Of a DNA stretch of 24,000 bases, positions 15,926 through 22,101 are shown in pieces. Every line of letters begins with the position of its first letter. Position 1 is the stretch's first letter. A program made the position numbers and the translations under genes. Origin of the DNA: Promethearchaeota archaeon (GTDB lineage: Archaea; Asgardarchaeota; Heimdallarchaeia; Hodarchaeales; Hodarchaeaceae); contig JBHLMN010000023.1 of NCBI GenBank assembly GCA_048938105.1, positions 80,079 through 104,078 of the forward strand, written 5' to 3'. A model generated the notes under the pieces. That model ran no database searches, had not been told where the DNA came from, and saw only the letters and a list, made by a program, of their open reading frames with translations.

Positions 15926-17155
15926 TTAATTCTGAAATTTAATTTGCAAACGTATTTCTTCATCATCAATCAAAGAACTTAGTGTTATCCGATCACCATC
16001 AGAAAGAAATTTTTGGATGATCCCATTTTCAGGTATCATAAAGTTACCACGAAACCCAACATAATCTTTTTTGTGTTCTTCTCGAATTGTATCAAGAATA
16101 GATCTAAACTTTGATCTACAATCTACTGTTACGATTTGAATGGAATCTACAATGGTATTAGATTGGCCACATACTAGGCAATTTGGATCAGGAACTAGAT
16201 TGAAAGTGTTTATTGTCCCTGTTAGTGCAGAATATATGGTAAACGAAGGAATGCGGAATCTATGAGATTTCAATAAACCTTCAAGCGTTTTACGTTCTCT
16301 TTTTTTCATTCTCTCTTTTTTTTCTAGAAAAAGAGACTTTAGGATCTCTTGAGATTGGATTCCACTGACTACTGCATTAACTGTGATGAGACTGGGTACG
16401 TGGAAAAGGACTAATTGCATGAGTTCTTTTTCATCGAATTTTCCAAAATTATATTTATTAGCAAAATTATTTGCCAATTTCGTAAGTTCCGCAATATCTT
16501 TGGCTGAATTTTCAATAGGTGAGCGTACATGAGTTGTACTAAATTCATAAAGAGCTTTCCAAGCACAATGTTCTCTCTCACGAGGAACTCCCACTAAAGT
16601 ACAAGGAGCTGTTAAAACCCGAGTTTCATCAGGAGGTTGAGGGGTTTCACAAGCCAAACAAGCAGTAACATTTGGTTTTATATACTGAATTTGGCCGAAG
16701 TAGCCATCTGTAGCTGAATCTATTAAAGTTAATTTAAGGTCAACTGCTATTGCATTCAGATATTGTCGTGCCAAAAAGTTATCTACGCAACCAGCAATGA
16801 TGTCAACTTCGTGAAAAATCCTTTGAGGTAGGTTTTGGAGGAGGTTAGAATAACTTTCAATCTCAATATCAGGATTAAATCTTTCTCGAATCCGCTTTCT
16901 TGCTATTTCTGCCTTTTTTTTCCCAACATCTTCTTCTTTAAACAACATTTGACGATTTAAGTTTGAGAATTCTATAGTGTCCACATCAACAAGGATTAAA
17001 CGACCAACGCCTAATAAAGCTAAGTTCTTAGCTACTTCGCTACCTGTCCCTCCAACTCCTGCTATTAAAATCGCGCTATCTTCAATAATATGTTGATCCC
17101 AAAGAGATAAACGTTCTTGTCGGTCATATTTAGAAGAAGGAAGATCTTGTGTCAT
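15926..17155 (-). CDS. Ubiquitin-activating enzyme E1-like (ThiF/MoeB fold, UBA3/UBA2-type)
   Basis: The Rossmann ATP motif is IAGVGGTGSEVAKNL and NLNRQ follows. The crossover-loop zinc dyad plus catalytic-Cys region TACLACETPQPPDETRVLTAPCTLVGVPREREHCAWKA is colinear with UBA3 (TACIEC...P-x-CT...PR-x-PEHCI). A second dyad DPNCLVCG is present, and the C-terminal ~70 aa could be a UFD-like domain. Confidence 0.9.
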   Translation of the reverse strand: MTQDLPSSKYDRQERLSLWDQHIIEDSAILIAGVGGTGSEVAKNLALLGVGRLILVDVDTIEFSNLNRQMLFKEEDVGKKKAEIARKRIRERFNPDIEIESYSNLLQNLPQRIFHEVDIIAGCVDNFLARQYLNAIAVDLKLTLIDSATDGYFGQIQYIKPNVTACLACETPQPPDETRVLTAPCTLVGVPREREHCAWKALYEFSTTHVRSPIENSAKDIAELTKLANNFANKYNFGKFDEKELMQLVLFHVPSLITVNAVVSGIQSQEILKSLFLEKKERMKKRERKTLEGLLKSHRFRIPSFTIYSALTGTINTFNLVPDPNCLVCGQSNTIVDSIQIVTVDCRSKFRSILDTIREEHKKDYVGFRGNFMIPENGIIQKFLSDGDRITLSSLIDDEEIRLQIKFQN

Positions 17156-17204
17156 ATCTTGAAATCTTCCTAATAGAATCCTTTAACATTACAATAAGAG
17201 GGAA

Positions 17205-17525
17205 TCAACCCCCCTTAATCTGATCTGGAACTATCATGAGAATTGCATTTTGTTCGATTCCATAGGAAGAAAGATTGTTTGAAGGATTCATTCTTCTTCC
17301 CTTGAATAATAAAGCGATTGGTACAACTTCTGGGATATTAAATGCATCACGAGCTGCTGTGATAGCTTGAAATACAGTTCCATTAATATTAATGTATTTT
17401 TCACGGATATTTTGATCTGGAGGAAGTTGTGGATCTTTAAAGCGAATTTTTATCATTTTTTCAATACCACTGTCAGGAGCTTTTCCTGTAGAAGTAGAAT
17501 CCCATATTACGTCCTTTTTACTCAT
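17205..17525 (-). CDS. Ubiquitin-like beta-grasp modifier ending in Gly-Gly-stop, with an N-terminal extension of about 23 aa
   Basis: The core MIKIRFK...TVFQAITAARDAFNIPEVVPIALLFKGRRMNPSNNLSSYGIEQNAILMIVPDQIKGG* is colinear with ubiquitin (MQIFVKT...[34 protein letters not shown]). The track start is a GTG at 17534. I prefer the ATG at 17525 because AGGTGA lies 5 nt upstream of it. An internal ATG at 17456 would give an 83-aa ubiquitin-sized product. Confidence 0.85.
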   Translation of the reverse strand: MSKKDVIWDSTSTGKAPDSGIEKMIKIRFKDPQLPPDQNIREKYININGTVFQAITAARDAFNIPEVVPIALLFKGRRMNPSNNLSSYGIEQNAILMIVPDQIKGG

Positions 17526-17546
17526 TTTTTTCACCTTTCTGTCTAC

Positions 17547-18341
17547 TTAAGTATAAAACATACGTTCAATTTCTGAAAGTGTAGTAAGAATATCTATTCG
17601 TCCTTTGGCATAATCCTCTAAAGGTCCTCGAATAAGAGGGTATTTAGTTAGAATATCACTTTCAAGACCTATAGGTAAATTCTTTTTTCTCTTAATGATA
17701 AAATTTATTACTTCACCATTTTGGGCATAAAATCTTACAGTAATCTCTTTTTTTGCTGCTGATGCATCATAGTTTGCAAGAATTTGACGTATGAGAGGAT
17801 CATGTTCTTCTTGAATCGCAGCAGAAGCTTCAGAAGATGCCATAATGGGTTCTCCCATAACCTGGGGGAGTTCTTTTTCAGCCTTCTGATAGATTTCTTC
17901 TAATACGTCCAATACTGAACTTGAGCCAGGGGTCCAGTTTTTCATTACTTTCAAATCGTTGATTTCACAATCTAAGACTTCTCTAAGCTTAGCAGGACCA
18001 TCAATGTAGGGTCGATCAGGCAAATCATCCAACACAAGAAGAAGAGGAAAAGCATATTCCTTTACTTGCATCTTAATCCTTAGTTTACCTACTTCATCAC
18101 CAACAAATTCCCCAGGAAAATTTTCAAGGATTTTCTGTGATTCTTGATAAATAAGAAAGTAATTTTCAGCTTCCTCCTCTGCATCCATCATTTTGGCTTC
18201 TGCTGGTGTAATAGCTGCCCGTTTAAGGTAATTTGTCATGTCACAGTATTCACACTTTACAGGGTGCTGATATGATGGTCTTATTGGAAGGGGGGCCCCA
18301 CAGCCGCTACATTGAGAAATATCAGTTTGAATATCTTCCAT
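17547..18341 (-). CDS. Uncharacterised 264-aa protein: N-terminal zinc ribbon plus a putative degenerate UBC/RWD-like core lacking HPN
   Basis: The zinc ribbon is C11-x2-C14-x15-C30-x2-C33. Res ~55-160 follow the E2 secondary-structure logic: a helix (AENYFLIYQESQKILENFPG), a strand meander (EFVGDEVGKLRIKMQVKEYAFPLLLVL), a DLPDRPYI loop in place of YPFKPP, a single Cys125 and NWTPGSSSVLDVLEEIYQ resembling the E2 W-SP-x-helix. It is the first gene of the Ubl-E1 operon, with a 12-nt gap to the Ubl ORF. The fold assignment is by eye only. Confidence 0.4.
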   Translation of the reverse strand: MEDIQTDISQCSGCGAPLPIRPSYQHPVKCEYCDMTNYLKRAAITPAEAKMMDAEEEAENYFLIYQESQKILENFPGEFVGDEVGKLRIKMQVKEYAFPLLLVLDDLPDRPYIDGPAKLREVLDCEINDLKVMKNWTPGSSSVLDVLEEIYQKAEKELPQVMGEPIMASSEASAAIQEEHDPLIRQILANYDASAAKKEITVRFYAQNGEVINFIIKRKKNLPIGLESDILTKYPLIRGPLEDYAKGRIDILTTLSEIERMFYT

Positions 18342-18400
18342 TTTTTTTGATCACCCATTATGTGAGGAATGTTCGTGCAAGATGAGTCAGTCTTTAGACC

Positions 18401-18414
18401 TTAAAAAGCTAGCT
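18401..18414 (-). promoter_or_regulatory. Candidate promoter element AGCTAGCTTTTTAA (palindrome + TATA-like) upstream of the ZnR-Ubl-E1 operon
   Basis: On the minus strand it reads GAGCTAGCTTTTTAAGG, about 60 nt upstream of the ATG at 18341. The 14-mer is identical to the one at 1130-1143. Confidence 0.3.
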
Positions 18415-18480
18415 CATTCTACACCTTTTCTTCCATTTCCTAGCCACAGCTTTAAATATCGGCAACGGTGCATTATTTAT

Positions 18481-18490
18481 AAGCTAGCTT
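18481..18490. promoter_or_regulatory. 10-bp perfect palindrome AAGCTAGCTT abutting a TATA-like TTTATAA in the divergent Ub-system promoter region
   Basis: The sequence cattaTTTATAAGCTAGCTTtag is the second copy of the AGCTAGCT core, 75 bp from the first, within the 221-bp spacer between the two ubiquitin-system operons. Confidence 0.3.
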
Positions 18491-18562
18491 TAGTGTTAAA
18501 TGAGATTGAATTTTACTTTATCATAGATTAGGTAAGGATAAAAATGGAAGGATGGTAAGATC

Positions 18563-19105
18563 GTGCAGGATTTACATTCTAGACGACTACGAGAAGAGTT
18601 CAAACGGATGCTGAAAACTTATCCCCCAAAAACAAGTCCCATTAAATGGACTATAGTCAATAATGACCTTCATCATTACAAAGCGACTATTAAAGGAAAA
18701 AAAAATACTCCTTATGAGGGAGGGAAATGGAAGATCACTCTTGACTTACCTTCTGAATATCCCTTTAAACCTCCTATTATCAACTTTTTAACCCCTATTT
18801 ATCACCCTAATATCGCAACTGGTAAAACTCAATGGAAGTGGGGCTCCAATGTATGTTTAAGTCTTGTAAATTGGAATAATTTAGGGAAACCTGGTGGTTG
18901 GAAGGAAACGATAACCTTGCCAAGCGTTTTTGAACATATTGAAATGATGCTAGATGTTTTTAAGACAACTGGGGATGTGGATTTTCCAGAATATCTTGTT
19001 GATCCAAATGATCCTTTTAATCCTAAAGCTGGAGAGATTATGAACACAAATTTTGATAAATTCTGGGAAATAGCTGTTAATTGGACCAAAAAGCATGCAA
19101 AGTAA
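18563..19105 (+). CDS. Ubiquitin-conjugating enzyme E2 (UBC fold, HPN + catalytic Cys)
   Basis: The N-terminal helix is RRLREEFKRMLK. Further blocks are TPYEGGKWKITLDLPSEYPFKPPIINFLTPIYHPNI (HPN at res 81-83), catalytic Cys98 in NVCLSL, and the C-terminal DPNDPFNPKAGEIM...FWEIAVNWTKKHA. GTG start. Confidence 0.9.
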   Translation: MQDLHSRRLREEFKRMLKTYPPKTSPIKWTIVNNDLHHYKATIKGKKNTPYEGGKWKITLDLPSEYPFKPPIINFLTPIYHPNIATGKTQWKWGSNVCLSLVNWNNLGKPGGWKETITLPSVFEHIEMMLDVFKTTGDVDFPEYLVDPNDPFNPKAGEIMNTNFDKFWEIAVNWTKKHAK

Positions 19106-19137
19106 ACCTCTTCTAGAATCGGTATTGTGGATGATGA

Positions 19138-19737
19138 ATGTCTAATCATAATAAACAAAAAGATTTGAACTCAGAAAATTCTGAAATAACAGAAGAAAAA
19201 ACTACTGATAAAATACAAGAAAGCTCCTTTAGTAGACAAGTGGAAATCAAAAAGGTAAAAATTTCTTCATCTCCCCAAGTTCAGTCAGTCTCAATCTTAG
19301 GAAATCTACTTGATGAAATAACTGAATATTCGGTAAAATCTATGCCTAGGGAAGCTATTGGTCTGTTAGGTGGAAGAGAACTACGTCCCAAAGAAATAGA
19401 AATATTAAAAATAATTTTTGTGTCAGAAGGTGACGAAATCTCTGTTTCCTTTTCTGATGAAGATTTTGAGGCTTTCGAAAATATTTTAGAAGATGATTGT
19501 TATTGTTGTGGGTGGTGGCATTCTCATCCAGGATATGGCTTATTTCTGTCTCAAACAGATATAAATACTCATATTTTTTCTTTTCAGCTCCATAATGATC
19601 TTTCTGTTGCACTTGTTATTGAACCTACTATAAGAGATATGACTGGCCGTGCCGCTTTTCAATTTTACCAAGTTATAAGCGAAGATAAGAAGGATTCTTT
19701 CGGATACAAGGAAATTGCTAGCTATATACAACATTAA
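19138..19737 (+). CDS. JAMM/MPN+ metalloprotease (Rpn11/AMSH-like deubiquitinase)
   Basis: The JAMM motif is complete: Glu in PREAIGLLGG, then WWHSHPGYGLFLSQTDINTH (H-x-H-x7-S-x2-D). It has a ~45-aa low-complexity N-terminal extension and starts 32 nt after the E2 stop. Confidence 0.88.
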   Translation: MSNHNKQKDLNSENSEITEEKTTDKIQESSFSRQVEIKKVKISSSPQVQSVSILGNLLDEITEYSVKSMPREAIGLLGGRELRPKEIEILKIIFVSEGDEISVSFSDEDFEAFENILEDDCYCCGWWHSHPGYGLFLSQTDINTHIFSFQLHNDLSVALVIEPTIRDMTGRAAFQFYQVISEDKKDSFGYKEIASYIQH

Positions 19738-19795
19738 AAACTGTTTAGTATATTGAAATTCTTTCGTTGAGGAAATTGCTAGCTTTATGTAACAT
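19694..19795 (+). repeat. Degenerate direct repeat: the last ~41 nt of the JAMM gene is repeated 64 nt downstream in the intergenic region
   Basis: Copy A (19694-19734) is attctttcggatacaaGGAAATTGCTAGCTatatacaacat. Copy B (19758-19795) is attctttcgttgaGGAAATTGCTAGCTttatgtaacat. They share 9-nt and 14-nt identical blocks plus 8/11 in the tail, with one 3-nt indel. Confidence 0.7.
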
Positions 19796-19925
19796 ATTAT
19801 ATTACTCTGTGGATTTATAACAAGATTCAAAGACTTCTTTGATGAATTTCACTATATTGGAGGAAATTCAGTATCAATAAGATCCCAAAGAAAAATAATT
19901 TAAATTTTAAAGTTAATTGTGAACC

Positions 19926-20735
19926 ATGAGTTCGATGAAGTTGAATTGGGGGTTTTTTGAGTTTCATCTCGAATATTTAACTCGTTTTTTCCTTCAAGAT
20001 GGATATGGGATGATAGACTATATTTTGATTTTCCTTGGTCCAGGGACAGTTTTATTCTTTACATTCTACCTTTTATGGGCTGGAAGGCGAAAAAATCGCA
20101 AAATTATGCATTTATCACGTGAAGCTTTACTAGATGTCTTTGCAAACGAATTTGATGATCTAGTTATGGAGCAGATGAGTTCAAACGGGGGTTTATTAAT
20201 TCCCAAGTACAAGAAATCTTATGATATACCTTTCCAAGATTTTCGTGTAGTATTTGCCCTAGAAGAAAGGCATCTCATGTTATCAGTCATCATCTCATGG
20301 TTTTCAGGAGTAAATGATTATATTGCACTAGAGGCAAACTCGAAAAAGGGAGAAGTACGTACTCAAATTCCTACCAAGATTCAAATTATACCTAAACATG
20401 AAGAAGGTCAAATAAGAAAACATCAGGATCTCCTGTTTAAACTGGAAGATATTGAACTTGGAGTAAAAAGATTTGATGATGTTTTTTTGGTGAAAGCGAC
20501 CACCCAACGGACAGGAACATACTTTCTAGGTGATAAAAACCTTCTGAAACTAATTCACAATGTTAGAAAAGTAATTGTTAGAATTTCAGTTGATTCTGCT
20601 GACGACCCATCTCTTCGTATTTATGCACGAATTAACAAAGATTTGAATCTTGAGAGGTTACACGCCCTTTTCATTGCATTTTGTGATCGGATTAATGAGG
20701 TTTCTGAAAAAGTGGTCATGAAGAAAAAACGATAG
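19926..20735 (+). CDS. Hypothetical membrane-anchored protein (one N-terminal TM helix plus a ~210-aa soluble domain)
   Basis: A hydrophobic helix MIDYILIFLGPGTVLFFTFYLLWAG is followed by the positive cluster RRKNRK. The remainder is hydrophilic with no motif I recognise. Confidence 0.55.
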   Translation: MSSMKLNWGFFEFHLEYLTRFFLQDGYGMIDYILIFLGPGTVLFFTFYLLWAGRRKNRKIMHLSREALLDVFANEFDDLVMEQMSSNGGLLIPKYKKSYDIPFQDFRVVFALEERHLMLSVIISWFSGVNDYIALEANSKKGEVRTQIPTKIQIIPKHEEGQIRKHQDLLFKLEDIELGVKRFDDVFLVKATTQRTGTYFLGDKNLLKLIHNVRKVIVRISVDSADDPSLRIYARINKDLNLERLHALFIAFCDRINEVSEKVVMKKKR

Positions 20736-20779
20736 ATTGATACAGTTCAAACATTTGAGAAATTTAATCTAGATATTGG

Positions 20780-21343
20780 TTATAAAAGATCGATTTTTTC
20801 AGTCACTCTTTGACGGAGCCATTCAAGTCCTTCCTCGACGTTAAAACCAGTTTTAGCTGAAGTGGGAACGATAGCATATGAATGTGTCGTGACTTTGTGA
20901 AGGTTAAGCCCTCGCGCAACCTCTCCAGCTGAAGCAGCATTTTCTAGATCTTGCTTGTTGGCAAGTACTAAAATTGGTATGTTTTCTACCTTATCATTGT
21001 CAAGGACATATTTCCATAACTCCATCCTAGCTTCAGTGAGTCTGGGCCTATCAGCTGAATCTACTACATATACGATTCCCATACTACCTGACATGTAGCT
21101 TTCCCAAAGAGATTCACGAAAAGCTTCTTGTCCCCCAATATCCCAAGAAATAAATCGTACATTCCCAGAACTGAATTCATCAACATTCATCCCCAGTGTT
21201 CGGAAAGTACTACTGTTAAATTCTCCAGAAGTAATTCGTTTGACTAATGTGGTTTTTCCAGCCTGGTCAAGACCTAACCACGCAATTTTCACAGTTAACT
21301 TTTCTTTGGCAAATTTAGCACGGAGCTTTGAAAGGAAACTCAT
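20780..21343 (-). CDS. Arf/Arl-family small GTPase (Arl8-like by eye)
   Basis: G1 is GLDQAGKTTL. The interswitch/G3 signature is WDIGGQ, G4 is NKQD and G5 is SAKTG, followed by EGLEWL. The N-terminal segment MSFLSKLRAKFAKEK looks amphipathic. The stretch SGEFNSSTFRTLGMNV...VRFISWDIGGQEAFRESLWESY...IVYVVDSAD resembles Arl8. Confidence 0.88.
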   Translation of the reverse strand: MSFLSKLRAKFAKEKLTVKIAWLGLDQAGKTTLVKRITSGEFNSSTFRTLGMNVDEFSSGNVRFISWDIGGQEAFRESLWESYMSGSMGIVYVVDSADRPRLTEARMELWKYVLDNDKVENIPILVLANKQDLENAASAGEVARGLNLHKVTTHSYAIVPTSAKTGFNVEEGLEWLRQRVTEKIDLL

Positions 21344-21352
21344 TTAGGGCAC

Positions 21353-21904
21353 CTATCTGCTTTTCTGTGACATTCTACGTTGAAACCTGTCGCTCATCCA
21401 CTGCCAAGGTTCCTCAACCCCTTCACCTGTTAAGGCTGAGCATGGGTAGACTGCGAATGTTCTTGGTCTTGCAGCCATCTCCTTCTCGAGCTCTAACGTG
21501 TGGATAATTCTTTCCAATGTCATTGCTTCTCTTAAATCTTGTTTATTTGCCAAGAAAAGGAATGCAGAGTCTTCTGGCGCCCATTGAATGACATTTTTCA
21601 ACCATTTTCCTGCATTTTCAACTTTAGATCTGTCTGCAGAATCAAATACAAACACAATACCTGATGCATCTGAAACAAATGGTTTCCATAGGCTAGTAGG
21701 AAATGTGGCTTGACCACCCAGATCTGCTGCCATTACTTCAATATTGCCAATTTTTAAAGTTTCAATATTCATCCCCATTGTTGGAACGGTCTCTAAATCA
21801 TCATCTCCCTTAAGTCTTTTTACTAATGTAGTTTTCCCCGCATTTGCAAGACCAACAAATGCTATCTGATTTTCTATTTCTCGACCAAACAATTTTGTCG
21901 GCAT
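21353..21904 (-). CDS. Divergent Arf-like small GTPase (paralogue of the downstream gene)
   Basis: G1 is GLANAGKTTLVKRL. G3 is DLGGQ, with AAD replacing the WD of Arf. G4 is NKQD and G5 is SALTGEGV. It lies 9 nt upstream of the other Arf-like gene on the same strand. Confidence 0.8.
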   Translation of the reverse strand: MPTKLFGREIENQIAFVGLANAGKTTLVKRLKGDDDLETVPTMGMNIETLKIGNIEVMAADLGGQATFPTSLWKPFVSDASGIVFVFDSADRSKVENAGKWLKNVIQWAPEDSAFLFLANKQDLREAMTLERIIHTLELEKEMAARPRTFAVYPCSALTGEGVEEPWQWMSDRFQRRMSQKSR

Positions 21905-22101
21905 TTAAATTCCCTTTCAGACAGTATATTAAGTCAAAGCTATTAAATGGTAAAAGATACGATATTTACTACTGAATGTCTGTTTTAAGTATCATTTTGT
22001 TCTATTCTATTCTGATTTAAATCTCAAGGTAATTTTTAAGGGTAATGTACCTATTATCAATGTTTATTTGATGATTTATATTGGTTATTATAAACTACTT
22101 C

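Noticed and set aside
15926-19737. Reading the E1/E2/JAB/Ubl set as a bacterial-type antiviral defence island (Bil- or CBASS Cap2/Cap3-like)
   Set aside because: The E2 has the canonical HPN-Cys UBC signature and the eukaryote-like C-terminal helices. The E1 has the UBA3-type P-C-T / EHC catalytic insertion, and the Ubl is colinear with ubiquitin. The genes sit among housekeeping and ESCRT/GTPase genes with no nuclease, cyclase or other effector and no mobile-element hallmarks. A eukaryote-like cellular Ub system fits better, though only a phylogeny could settle it.
15526-19830. ORFs 15526-15747 (-), 17367-17576 (+), 18829-19158 (-), 19355-19612 (-) and 19540-19830 (-)
   Set aside because: They are antisense to the zinc-ribbon, Ubl, E2 and JAMM genes, all of which have strong motifs. 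The alternatives have none.
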